60,046 bases of DNA from Octopus bimaculoides. Lineage: Eukaryota. Positions 11,851 to 24,045 of this stretch are shown here, piece by piece (position 1 is the stretch's first letter; the number at the start of each line of letters is the position of its first letter). Where the stretch lies: NCBI RefSeq assembly GCF_001194135.2, contig NC_069007.1, forward strand, positions 11,302,136 through 11,362,181. Reading direction: 5' to 3'. The notes below the pieces were generated by a model. The model ran no database searches and had not been told where the DNA came from. It was given only the letters and a program-made list of their open reading frames with translations. Made by a program: the position numbers and the translations under genes.

Positions 11851-12198
11851 GGCTCTCATCACCATTACGGAATTTCTGAAACCACCTTTGTACTGTGCGA
11901 TCACTTGTGGACCACTCTCCTCATGCTCTGTTGATATTGGCAGCAGTTTGGGAGGCATTGTGCCCAAGTTTGAACTCATGCAAGAAAAGTAAGTGAAGGT
12001 TCTTTTTTGTCATGTTCATAATTAAAGGTGCCTATGCTTCAAGAATGTTTTCTGTCTGACATACGTAGAAAATTATTAAAGTGCATACATCAGTTATTAG
12101 GTATGTCGAAATTCACCTAAAATATAATTAAAATACTATGATAAAATTGCGTTTCAAAACACAACACTTAGAGCAGCCATTATTTTTGGAACAACCAG
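11848..12198 (-). mobile_element. Mariner 5' fragment (TIR-like end plus N-terminal HTH)
   Basis: From ATG at 12013: MTKKNLHLLFLHEFKLGHNASQTAANINRA*GEWSTSDRTVQRWFQKFRNGDES, an Hsmar1-like N-terminus. TA at 12199-12200. Confidence 0.85.
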
Positions 12199-13389
12199 TA
12201 CAGAGAGATAACAGGGTAATGCCGTAGTAGGATGGTGAGATGGGGTACTATGCTAAGAGAAATAAAGCTAAGTTAGGAGGAATGAACAGGTAGAAGGAAA
12301 TGATACTTGAGAAGTAGCAATCAGTAATGGGGAAACCAAAAACTAAGAATAAAAGATGATAGATTTGAACAATGAAGAAAAAAAACAACAGAAAATGTAG
12401 AGAAATGACAAAATAAAAAATTAAAAAATTAAAAATGAAAAGCTGACGAGAAGTTGAGGTAGTGTGAAAGGTTTTGATGTATTACATGAATAGTGAACAG
12501 TGAGGAGGTCTGTGGAAATCCTTGTTTGAAAATCCCAGAAAGTTATGTTTTTTTTTAATTCAAATTTTCAAAAGTTCAAAAGATCTGACAGTTTTTTGAG
12601 AGGCAGGCAGGCAGGCAGGTAGGTAGGTAGCCACATAGATAGTTAGATAGATAGATATACCTTATGCTATATGTATTGTATCTAAGCAGTGTCTAGTCGA
12701 GCTACTTTTTAGACTGTGTGTAAATTTATAAACCCTGCTATAATTATTATAGTTTGTGTTGCTTTGTATCCAACCTTGTACTTAATTATTGAGACTGCCT
12801 GATTCAGAAATGTGTTGTTGTTGTTTCCATTGACAATGTTTCTCAGAAGGCATCTGTTTCGGATGAGATGTCACGGAAGCAACTTAAAGCAAAAATATTC
12901 TGCTCCAGTAGAACTAGTATTGGAAATTTTGCCTAAGTTACCTGATTAACTAAATGAAAGGATTCCTTCTATTTCGGCTGACTTCAAGAGAAAGACAAAC
13001 CGAAGAATTTTCCATTTACAAGAAGAAGAAGAAGCAGCAGCAGCAGCTAGCAAGTCGTGCCATACTTGAAACAGGAATATTGACAGAAGAAAATAGAAAA
13101 AAGATCGCAGAATTTGATTTGTTTTTATGTACTCACTCCATTTTTATCGCTCTTAGTTTCTTTTACCGTTTCTTTCACCATTATGCATTCATACCTGCCT
13201 GTTTCTCTCCTCTCTCAATATCTCTTTTATTATCTCTTTATCTCTCTTTTCTCCTGCTTATCTCTTATCGCAGTCTCACTTTCAACTTTTGTATTTCTTT
13301 TATATACAAATACATGTGTGTCTAGAACATATGCATATATGTAGATATTTGTATGTCTGTTTTATGTATATACTACATATAGACTCAGA

Positions 13390-13905
13390 AGTATGGTTGT
13401 GTGCTTAACAAATCCACATAGCATCTACAGAAGCCCTAAGTTCAGCTGCATAACACCTTGGGCAAGTAGCTTTTACTGTAGACTTGGTTTCGCAAATACC
13501 TTGGGAGTGGAATTTGGTTGATGGAAACTGAGAAGCTTCTTGTAAATCTACCCAAACACATATGTGGAACTATCTTATATTTAAATCTGTTACTTTTACC
13601 TGTGTTGTAACTGGAATTCCTGCATCAGTAGATTTAAAATTTTCTTCAAGGTTTCAATTTCAAAGTGAAGACAGCCAGGAGTCTGGAGGTGAGGACTACA
13701 TTGGAAAGACTGATTTTCTTATTCTTTCAGGACCTATACTACATATGCAAATATATATACAGGCATAGTTGTGCGGTTAAGAAACTTGCTTCGCAACTAC
13801 TTGGTTCTGGGTTCAGTCCCCGGCAAGTGTCTTCTACTATAACCCTGGGCCATCCAAAGCCTTGTGAGTGGATTTAGTTGATGAAAACTGAAAGAAACTT
13901 GTTAC
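13390..13905 (+). mobile_element. Two degenerate SINE-A 5' fragments (about 13390-13550 and 13760-13905)
   Basis: caccttgggcaagt and ggcaagtgtcttctactata...gagtggattt motifs. Confidence 0.7.
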
Positions 13906-13940
13906 ACACATTCACACACAAATATATATCACTTATATAT

Positions 13941-14096
13941 ATCATCATCATCATCCTTTAACGTCCACTTTTCATGCTAGCATGGGTTGGACAATTTGAC
14001 TGAGGACTGGTGAACCAGATGGCTACACCAGGCTCCAATCTGATTTGACAGAGTTTCTACGGCTGGGTGCCCTTCCTAACGCCAATCACTCTGAGA

Positions 14097-14098
<2 letters not shown>
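13941..14098 (-). mobile_element. RTE-tail repeat
   Basis: Reverse complement of the 23257-23413 copy, with a (CAT)n tail. Confidence 0.85.
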
Positions 14099-14137
<39 letters not shown>

Positions 14138-14910
14138 TTTGGCCAAAAGTCACCTGACANNNNNNNNNNNNNNNNNNNNNNNNNNNNNNNNNNNNNNNNN
14201 NNNNNNNNNNNNNNNNNNNNNNNNNNNNNNNNNNNNNNNNNNNNNNNNNNNNNNNNNNNNNNNNNNNNNNNNNNNNNNNNNNNNNNNNNNNNNNNNNNNN
14301 NNNNNNNNNNNNNNNNNNNNNNNNNNNNNNNNNNNNNNNNNNNNNNNNNNNNNNNNNNNNNNNNNNNNNNNNNNNNNNNNNNNNNNNNNNNNNNNNNNNN
14401 NNNNNNNNNNNNNNNNNNNNNNNNNNNNNNNNNNNNNNNNNNNNNNNNNNNNNNNNNNNNNNNNNNNNNNNNNNNNNNNNNNNNNNNNNNNNNNNNNNNN
14501 NNNNNNNNNNNNNNNNNNNNNNNNNNNNNNNNNNNNNNNNNNNNNNNNNNNNNNNNNNNNNNNNNNNNNNNNNNNNNNNNNNNNNNNNNNNNNNNNNNNN
14601 NNNNNNNNNNNNNNNNNNNNNNNNNNNNNNNNNNNNNNNNNNNNNNNNNNNNNNNNNNNNNNNNNNNNNNNNNNNNNNNNNNNNNNNNNNNNNNNNNNNN
14701 NNNNNNNNNNNNNNNNNNNNNNNNNNNNNNNNNNNNNNNNNNNNNNNNNNNNNNNNNNNNNNNNNNNNNNNNNNNNNNNNNNNNNNNNNNNNNNNNNNNN
14801 NNNNNNNNNNNNNNNNNNNNNNNNNNNNNNNNNNNNNNNNNNNNNNNNNNNNNNNNNNNNNNNNNNNNNNNNNNNNNNNNNNNNNNNNNNNNNNNNNNNN
14901 NNNNNNNNNN

Positions 14911-15226
14911 CTACTATAGCCTCGGGCCGACCAAAGCCTGGTGAGTGGATTTGGTAGACGGAAACTGAAAGAAGCCCGTCGTATATATGTATATATATAT
15001 ATGTGTATGTGTTTGTGTGTCTGTGTTTGTCCTTCTAGCATTGCTTGACAACCGATGCTGGTGTATTTATGTCCCCGTAACTTAGCAGTTCGGCAAAAAA
15101 AAGAGACCGATAGAATAAGTACTAGGCTTACAAAGAATAAGTCCTGGGATCGATTTGCTCGACTAAAAGGCAGTGCTCCAGCATGGCCGCAGTCAAATGA
15201 CTGAAACAAGTAAAAGAGTAAAAGAG
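14911..15226 (+). mobile_element. SINE-A, young copy truncated by the N gap
   Basis: Nearly identical to 52808-53219 with CpGs retained. Confidence 0.92.
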
Positions 15227-15440
15227 ATATGCACTGGCTCACGAACAAAATTTGCTTAGGGGGTTCAAACCCAAACCCCAAAATTTTTACAAACAAGGTC
15301 TTATCTTTTTTTTATTTATTTATGTTCTTTGAGAAGAAATCTAACTTTGAGTTACTTTTTACTCACTGTTTTCTAGACCTGAGAAAAGTAAGTGTGGGTA
15401 CAAATCTGCCTCTCTATTATAATGTGGATCCTTGTCCACT

Positions 15441-15744
15441 TGTATGATGTTGTTGGTACTGTAATATTGACGCCACTATAATGTTGTGGCAGTATTCTGC
15501 ATCTTATTATCTTTGATTCATCTATCGTGTTATCGCTGATAGCTCTGCAAGGCAATGACTTTGAAACTTCTACCTTGACAGTAACTCGAACTTCTATATA
15601 TCCCATAACTGACACTGACTCCAACTGAGAACTCATACAATGACTCTACTACTACTGACCTCCTACAACGACTGACTGTCTGACTTTGTAGTGGTCGGTT
15701 CATACCACTTTGTCATATGGGAAGGGGTGTACTATTTCACTACA
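15441..15744 (-). mobile_element. Solo LTR (304 bp, probably Gypsy)
   Basis: TG...CA termini (minus strand TGTAGT...ATACA). Flanks CCACT/ACACT (4 of 5, TSD-like). TATA-like gatatatag. Shares GTACACCCCT near its 5' end with the LTR at 34558-34735. Confidence 0.7.
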
Positions 15745-16285
15745 ACACTATCTGTCTATCTATAAATAACTAAATCAATAACTAAATAGATAGATAGATA
15801 AATAAATAACTTGACATCCATGTATGTTTCTAGTGCTTGTGTGTAAGTGGGAAGTTAACCACGCTAACAGAATCTTTATCAGAGGTTGTTCTCTAACTGG
15901 ATGTGAGCTTTAAAAAAAAGAAAAAGAAACCATTTCAAATTATATGGAAAATGGTGAGATGAAATGAAAAAATATCTGCTTTAGCTAGAATCAAGTATAG
16001 TTGTAGAATTCTTTACAAAGAGAGATCAAAATTTCAAAGTTAGTCTTTAAAAGAATATTATTGGAACAACTTCAGTAATGAAGATTCTGTGTCAATACTG
16101 ATAAAATAGTTTTTATGAAAAACAAGAAAAGTATTTCATGTCTGAAAGGAATTTTAAAGAATTCAAAGGGAAAATACAGGAATGTTTTCTATCTCTGAGT
16201 ATCGGTACTTGAGAATGATTTCTGCTAAAATCTATTTAGTATGCGTAAACTACAAGATTGGCCCTACATATTGAAATATGTCATG

Positions 16286-16810
16286 AGGCTGTGCAGTAAG
16301 AAGCTTGCTTCCCAACCATATGGTTCCAGGTTCAGTCCCACTGCATGTCACCTTAGGCAAGTGTCTTCTACTATAGCCCCAAGATGACCAAAGTCTTGTG
16401 AGTGGATTTGGTAGACAGAAAATGAAAGAAGCATGTCATTATCATCATCACTGCTTAATGTCCATCTCCTCTGCATGCTGGGTAGAACAGTTGAGGGAAA
16501 ACTACCCTAGGCTACTTCTCTGTTTTGGCAGGGTTTTTACAGCTGAATGCCCTTCCTAACACCAACCATTTTGCATAGCATATGTAGCTATCTTTATGTC
16601 TGCCCCCCCCCCCCAATAACTGCTTGACAACTGGTGTTGGTGTGTTTACATCCCTATAACATAACAGTTCAGCAAAAGACACTGATAGAATAAGTACCAA
16701 GCCGAACAAAAAAAAAAGTATTGGAGTGAATTTGTTAGACTAAAACCTTAAAGGTGGTGCCCCAGCATGGCTGCAGTCAAATGACTAAAACATTTAAAAG
16801 ATATAAAAGA
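16286..16810 (+). mobile_element. SINE-A interrupted by an antisense RTE-tail repeat (about 16438-16577)
   Basis: SINE-A head runs to gaaagaagcatgt, followed by cattatcatcatc...tgcccttcctaacaccaacca, after which the SINE-A 3' half resumes. Confidence 0.8.
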
Positions 16811-16817
16811 AAATGAT

Positions 16818-17200
16818 AATCATCATTATCATTGTTTTAACATTCACTTTTTCATTTTTCCATGGGGCAAATGGAATTCACCGAAACAGATTATTTGTGG
16901 CTGGATACCTCTCCTATCACCAACCCTTACTTGCTTCAAAACCAAGGTAGTACTTCTTCATGGCCAGAGATGTTTTCATGAAAGACTAGAAGTGAAGGGC
17001 ACCGATACTTGATTGACAGTGATACTCTTTTACAACAATCACACAACACACACACTATGGGCTTCTTTCAGTTTCTGTCTACCAAATCCATTCACAAGGA
17101 TTTCGTTGGTCCTGGCCTCTAGGAGAAGACACTTGCCCAAGTTATCATGCAGTGGGTCTAAAATCAAAACCATGTGATACAGAAATTCACTTGTTAACCA
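16818..17200 (-). mobile_element. Chimeric SINE (SINE-A head, different body, (GAT)n RTE-like tail)
   Basis: Collinear with 21308-21746. Confidence 0.7.
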
Positions 17201-17475
17201 AAACGTATAGAGGTCTAACATATATATATAATTCTGGAAGACATTCCAGTGACACATCTTGCTTCCATAGTTTTTTGGAGTCCAGAAATATAATAAAGAA
17301 GCAACATGAAACATTTAAATTTCATCATACATTTAAGTTCCATTATATGTGAGAATCAGGAATACAAAACTCACTCTCAGAATTGCCAAAGCAGGGAATA
17401 AACTCTGTGTGTCTGTTGTTAACTGTCAGGACACTGAATTCTTCAAAAATTATATACTTCCCAAAGTTGACATGT

Positions 17476-17580
17476 GATGGATTGGCATCCCATCCAGGTG
17501 GGGAACCTATACGCCAATGAAACCAGGGAACCGGTCCTTATGAGCCAGGCATGGCTCAAGAAGGAACAAGCAACAACAAA
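17476..17580 (+). mobile_element. SINE-E 3' tail fragment
   Basis: gatggattggcatcccatccagg...gaaaccagggaaccgg matches 50027-50105. Confidence 0.65.
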
Positions 17581-17789
17581 GTTGACCAACACTACTCCAG
17601 ACTTACTTAGGTACCCTTTCTTCTTGGTACTTTTTACTATCCATGTCTATCTGTGCTTAGCCTATGTATAAGTTTGGATACCATTGCTGTTTTTCTTTGC
17701 TTGACTTCTTGCAGTTTTCTGTCTCCTCATTTATCCATTTCTAGCAAATTGTTTTTCATCTGACCATTGTACACAATAAACTCATCATT

Positions 17790-18170
17790 TTCTTCTACTC
17801 GAGGCACAATGCCCGAAACTTTTGGGGAGGGAGCCAGTTGATTAGATCGACCCCAGTATGCAACTGGTACTTAATTTATTGACTCTGAGAGGATGAAAGG
17901 CAAAGTCAACCTCAGCAGATTTTCAACTCAGAATGTATAGACATACAAAATACCGCTAAGTATTTCGGCTGGCGTGCTAACCTGTTTGCCAGCTCACCGC
18001 CTTGGAAATCAATATTTTTTTCTACTCTAGGCACAAGGCCCGAATTTTGGGGGAGGGGGCCAGTCGATTAGATTGATCCCAGTATGCAACTGGTACTTAA
18101 CCTATTGACCCCGAAAGGATGAAAGACAAAATCGACCTCAGTGGCATTTGAACTCAGAATGTAAAAACAT
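17790..18170 (-). mobile_element. Two tandem SINE-D copies (one full, one 5'-truncated)
   Basis: gcacaa(t/g)gcccgaa...caactggtacttaa...actcagaatgta occurs twice. The head ends gccagctcaccgcc at about 18000. Confidence 0.88.
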
Positions 18171-18198
18171 AATAAATTCATTATATTATATTATTCCT

Positions 18199-18520
18199 GG
18201 GAAGGTGTGCGGCTTAGTGGTTACTGTATCCACCTTATGATTGCATGGTCATGGGTTCAGTTTCCAGTGATGTGTTGTGTCCTTCAGCAAGACACTTTAT
18301 TTCACATTGCTCCAGTCCACTCATCTGGCAAAAATGAGTTGTACCGGTATTTCAAAGGGCCAACCTCATCACACTCTGTGTCACGCTGATTCTCCCTGAG
18401 AACTACATTAAGGGATGTGTCTCTGTGGAGTGCTCGGCCACTTGCATATTATTTTCACGAGCAGGCTGTTCTGTTGATCAGATCAACTGGAACACTCATC
18501 ATTGTAATTGACAGAGTGCC
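18199..18520 (+). mobile_element. SINE-B, full length
   Basis: Collinear with 2874-3162. Head gcggcttagtggtta...ggttcagtttcc. Confidence 0.85.
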
Positions 18521-19871
18521 GTATTATTTCTAAAGGTTTCATGTACACAGCCTTATTTGGCTAACTTATGAATGAAATAACCCCTCTTCCACAAAATAAT
18601 GAAAATAATTTGTTCCTTCCCCCTATTTATTAATGGAAAAACAAAATACAATTTACCTCTGTATAATTCTTGTTTCTTTGTCATGTTTATGAAACAAGTT
18701 TAAGTTTAAACTATCTTTAGTTTTATCAAACATGACAATTTTATTTTCTGCCCCCATTTCAGTCCTCATAGGCTTCATTGGTGAGGGTAGGGTCCATACC
18801 TTCTCTGCAGGAACCATTGTTTTAACAGGAATCATGGATTATCTACTGCTGAGATGTGTGATCAGCATTTGTGTCACAAACCACTCACATGATCCATGAT
18901 GTCCTAAGCCATTTGTCATATATCAACACTATCTTCATTAACCATTATCTGGCCATATTACTCATTAGGTACATCATTTATATTTTCTAATTAAATTTGT
19001 AATTAACGAAGAATTTGGAACGATTTACTAAAACAACATTTTCATTATTAAACTGGTGTTTGGGAGATATTTTATAGCAGTTATGATTTAATTCAATTTA
19101 ATTTAAGATATGGATATTTTAAAATTGTCATTTTATATCAAAGAAAAAAATGGCTTCTGATTGGTTGCTAGCAAAGAAATTTTGTGATAAAAGTTGAAAA
19201 AACTGTTGTTTGTTGTAATATTTTAAAACGTATTTAATCAAGTCTTCTTTGGTCTTGTTTTTCCTGAGTATCACGAGTTGTACGTGTTCTTTTAAATTAC
19301 GAAAAGCCAAATTCTCATATTTCTAAGACTTCTTTGATTACAGAAATTCTATGGTGAAGATTGTAACATAATAAACAGAAAGTGTTCAATGCAACTTTCA
19401 TTGGTGGAGTGTGGGGATAGAGGTTTCTGGTAAAATAACTTTGTCTTTATTGATTTTGTGTCTGGGACACAAAAAGAAAAAAAAGGTCTTACATAAAATA
19501 ATAAAGGAAAGTTTAATATGAATATTTTGAAATAGGAGGTTTTGTGTTATAGAACTAGAAGTAGTTTTTAACAGAAGTTTGAAACTATGAAGAATTTGCA
19601 AATATTTATTAAAATAACAAACTTTTTCTTTACTAAATGAGTGTTTTGGACATAGTTTAGTGAAAAGTTTTTACATAAAATTATGTTGAGAAAACAAAAA
19701 AAAATGTTTGAAATGAACATTTTGAAATAGCAAAGTTTAGTATCAGAGAACCAGATGTGATCCCAGACTTGTAATGGTTTCATTAGAGTTAAGAGTTTGT
19801 GAGAAAAAGCTGTGGAGCAATATGATACCAGGCTGGAATAAATTGCTTAGTTTAGTAACTAATGTTATGGT

Positions 19872-20092
19872 TAAGGCAGCGAACTGGCAGAATCGTTAGT
19901 ACACTGGGCAAAATGCTTTGTAGCTTTTCATCCAACTCTATGTTCTGAGTTCAAATTCTGCCATGGGTGACTTTGCCGTTTATCTTATTGGAGTCGATAA
20001 CATAAGTACCAGTTGAGTTTTGGGGTCAATGCAGTCAACTTACCCCCTCCCCCAAAATTGTTGGCCTTGTGCCAAAATTTGAAATCAACATT
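19872..20092 (+). mobile_element. SINE-D
   Basis: ggcagcgaactggcagaatcgttag...gttctgagttcaaattc...taagtaccagt, collinear with 54709-54945. Confidence 0.88.
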
Positions 20093-21307
20093 ATTGTTGT
20101 AGTTGTTTGGATATAAGTCTTCCCTAAATGAGCTGACCTTTAGAGATTTGTGGCATAGTTTTTAATGAGGGACCTTGGGGGTCTGCATACAACAAAAGTA
20201 GCATGTGTGGTGCCTGAATAGTGGAGGTGTATGATCAGGTAACTCTTAGGAACAGAGCCCTTTTTAAAAGTGAGAAAAAAGACAAAGGAGACAGCATGCC
20301 TATATGTCTCCCTGTTTTTTCTTCTCTGATTACTGTAATGCCAGAGGCTGGAGTATCTCTGTTAGTGATTTAATGCCAATTAGTTGAGTGGCCTTTCTCT
20401 GGCCCTTGAACATTACAGTATTCCTGTAGTCTAAGAATTCTTAGACTGGAATATTGTTCTTCATAATTTAAAAGAATATACAAGACCATCGGAAGACAAC
20501 TTGATTAAACATGTTCTGTTTTGTTGATTCTGTCCATGTTTTGTAGTGTTAAATAACCCCAACATTTTTACAATTTGATCTAAAAAATCTTTTCATATCA
20601 GTAAGTTGTGCACTACTTCCCCTGTTTTATTAGATAACTGCCAATTTCCAAATATTTTATCATCATCATCATCATCATCGTTACCTAGTAAGTAACAAAC
20701 AAAAAAATTTTTTAAATAGTAAAGAAAAATCTCCTTTGAATCACACACAGCCCTCATAGAAATAGAACTAGAACAATGGAAAATGTAATAGTAATAGACA
20801 CAGGACAATGGTATGATGACAGGAACATGTTTGGTCACAGCTCCTCAACCTCAGGGCTGACCTGTGAAAGAAGCAACTATAACCACAAGAACTACATCAC
20901 TAGATTTTATGATTCCTAATTTAGAAACAAAGGTTTTTTATGTTAAGAGTATTTATATATCGAGGAATAAGATATCTGATGTTAGCTGGAGATGTAACCA
21001 AACAAAAGATAGTGTATATAAATACACACTGACACACTTTGAATAATATACACTCTGAACATGACGTTAATTGACTGGTAATTATAATCTTATTAACGAT
21101 GACTTATCTCAGACATTTTAACCTTCAATATCTGATGAAATTCAGTGGATGATTAAATTTCCCTCATGTTAGTTGTTGTTGCTGTGTGGTTTTCTGAAGG
21201 GTCAGTAAATTAGATTTGCTTGATACTGCTCATAAAAAAAGTAACCATAAATGCAGCATATTTGAAAGTTACAGAATATAGTGAGGTGATAAGATGTTAA
21301 ACGAGAA

Positions 21308-21746
21308 CATCATCATCATCATTTAACGTTCACTTTTTCAAGCTTGCATGGGTCAGACAGAATTTATTGAGGCAGATTTTTCTGCAGTTGGGTTCCTTTC
21401 CTATTGCCAGCCCTCACTTATTTCCAAGCAAGGTAATATTTCCCCATGGCCAGACATGTTTTTCATGGACGACTGGAAATGAATTAACTTGCTTGTATAA
21501 TGGGATCTTCATTTACAACCATTATGTGATGTCAAGAAAAGGGTATGCACAAACACGCATGCACACATACACACACGACAGACTTCTTTTAGTTTTTGTC
21601 TACCAAATCCACACACAAGGCTTTGGCCGATTCAAGGATTTAGCAGAAAACACTTCCCCTAGGTGCCACACAATGGTGGGACTGAACCCAAGACTACATG
21701 CTTGAGAAGTAAACTTCTTAACCCCATGGCCACAACTATGCCTACC
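21308..21746 (-). mobile_element. Chimeric SINE (SINE-A head, different body, (GAT)n tail)
   Basis: SINE-A head at about 21570-21746. Body shared with 16818-17040 (aaggta...catggccaga...ttttcatg). Confidence 0.75.
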
Positions 21747-22588
21747 AAGAAGAAAGATTCTAATAGTCTCAATAATTTGGGTATAAAACCCCTTTACAAA
21801 CTTTTGAGAGAAAGAGAGGGTGGGAGAGAGAGACAGTAAAAGTGTGGCCCATTTTACCAACCTAAATGGACATTTATTCGTTCTCTTTTTTATCCTTTTA
21901 AACCTTTGTAAAGAGGTATTTTACCCGAAATGTCAGGTCCATTGAATTATTTAAGGCAACAATTCTTTAGTCTTGTTTTTGTTGCTATTTAATGTTCTAA
22001 CTACATTACTGTAATCTTTCAGTACACTGCTTTTAATATATATTCTGCAATGTTTCAAGCCAGCTACAACATTCCTCTAAAATGTTCATATTTAAATTAA
22101 AATCTCATTCTAATTCTCAGATGGCAAATGATACTGTAAGATTTCAGTGGGTCAACACCCACTTAATGTACCTAAATATTAACTTACAGATATTTTGTTA
22201 AAACCTCCTCTCCCCCGCCCCTCTCTCTCACACAAGATCTTAATTATATTGAAAATCAATTGAAATACATGGGTTGTGTGTCTCTGTTCATGAGAAATAT
22301 GACCAAGGAAGGGTTAAAGCTTAGCGTTGAAGAAATCTATTCTTGTCTCACCTTTACTCGACTGTCAAGTTGAGATTGAAACAAATCAATGAAGAAATGT
22401 GTGTATCAGGATTGAGGGACCCTTCTCATTATTAGAGATAAATTACAAGGATATAACAACATTTTGGCTTACATCTGTGCTTAGAAACAGGTCACGAAGA
22501 CATAATAATTGCTGGTTCACATCTGTGTTCCAGCTTACATATGTGTTTAGATGTTAGCTGATACTATGTATCATTAAATTGACAAATT

Positions 22589-22909
22589 AGTCTGCAGAGA
22601 AATGGCTAAAATTTGCCCTGTTTATAATTATACCATATATTACGTATTTATCATATCATACCTTGATACTGTGTAGACTAAGAGCCCCATTGACTGGCTG
22701 CTGGTATTTATAGGGACTCCTTCCTAGAGTATCTGTTGCATTTGTTGAGTATATAAACAATTTGGCTCCTTGTTTCTCTGGAGACTGTCAAAATAATGTA
22801 GATGCCTCTGATGAGAACCCAATAAGGTTTGAAAACTGATTAAGGTTGATTATCACTTTTTTTTCAGTCTGTGGAGAAATAACTAAAATTTGCCCTGTTT
22901 ATAATTATA
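22589..22909 (+). mobile_element. Non-coding 277-nt unit with 44-bp terminal direct repeats and an internal hammerhead (retrozyme/Penelope pLTR-like)
   Basis: Repeats 22589-22632 and 22866-22909 are 40/44 identical. HHR motif at 22804-22846. Confidence 0.6.
22804..22846 (+). ncRNA. Minimal type I hammerhead ribozyme motif
   Basis: Helix I gcct/aggt. Core CTGATGA (22808-22814). Helix II GAACC-caataa-GGTTT. GAAA, then near-palindromic AACTGATT helix III. Predicted cleavage after A22842 (UUA). Confidence 0.65.
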
Positions 22910-23256
22910 GAATATGTTACTTAAATTACTGTTTAAATTTTGAAGATTAAATTCTTGTTTTCGTTTGGAATTTAAGTCAGAGAGCACTTTCTAATTTGAA
23001 TGAGTGCAAATCATTCATTGGTATAATATTGCCCCATGCGCCTATTTGGGATATCTCTTCAGATCATATCCTACAGTTTTAAAAGAAAAAAGGGCATATC
23101 CGACTAATATAGTCACAGATAGATTGTCTGAAGAAGGAAAAAATGAGCATGGTTTAAATGTCTTTGATCACAGGTCTTCTCACTGTTACACATAGAAACA
23201 TACACATGTATGTGTGTGTGTAGATAGATAGATAGACATTTATATATATATATATA

Positions 23257-23413
23257 TGTTGGCGTTAGGAAGGGCATCCAGCTGTAGAAACTCTGCCAAA
23301 TTAGATTGGAGCCTGGTGTTGCCATCCGGTTTCACCAGTCCTGTCAAATCGTCCAACCCATGCTAGCATGGAAAGCGGACGTTAAACGATGATGATGATG
23401 ATGATGATGATGA
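23257..23413 (+). mobile_element. RTE-tail repeat, young copy with (GAT)n tail
   Basis: gttggcgttaggaagggcatccag...ggaaagcggacgttaaacgatgatgatg. Confidence 0.88.
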
Positions 23414-24045
23414 NNNNNNNNNNNNNNNNNNNNNNNNNNNNNNNNNNNNNNNNNNNNNNNNNNNNNNNNNNNNNNNNNNNNNNNNNNNNNNNNNNNNNNN
23501 NNNNNNNNNNNNNNNNNNNNNNNNNNNNNNNNNNNNNNNNNNNNNNNNNNNNNNNNNNNNNNNNNNNNNNNNNNNNNNNNNNNNNNNNNNNNNNNNNNNN
23601 NNNNNNNNNNNNNNNNNNNNNNNNNNNNNNNNNNNNNNNNNNNNNNNNNNNNNNNNNNNNNNNNNNNNNNNNNNNNNNNNNNNNNNNNNNNNNNNNNNNN
23701 NNNNNNNNNNNNNNNNNNNNNNNNNNNNNNNNNNNNNNNNNNNNNNNNNNNNNNNNNNNNNNNNNNNNNNNNNNNNNNNNNNNNNNNNNNNNNNNNNNNN
23801 NNNNNNNNNNNNNNNNNNNNNNNNNNNNNNNNNNNNNNNNNNNNNNNNNNNNNNNNNNNNNNNNNNNNNNNNNNNNNNNNNNNNNNNNNNNNNNNNNNNN
23901 NNNNNNNNNNNNNNNNNNNNNNNNNNNNNNNNNNNNNNNNNNNNNNNNNNNNNNNNNNNNNNNNNNNNNNNNNNNNNNNNNNNNNNNNNNNNNNNNNNNN
24001 NNNNNNNNNNNNNNNNNNATATATATATATATATATATATATATA

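Noticed and set aside
18763-18900. Strong acceptor followed by an open frame (LIGFIGEGRVHTFSAG...)
   Set aside because: The peptide is unrecognised, and competing splice signals give incompatible models.
21132-21175. CTGATGA-AATT...AAATT as a hammerhead
   Set aside because: No GAAA and no helix I partner.
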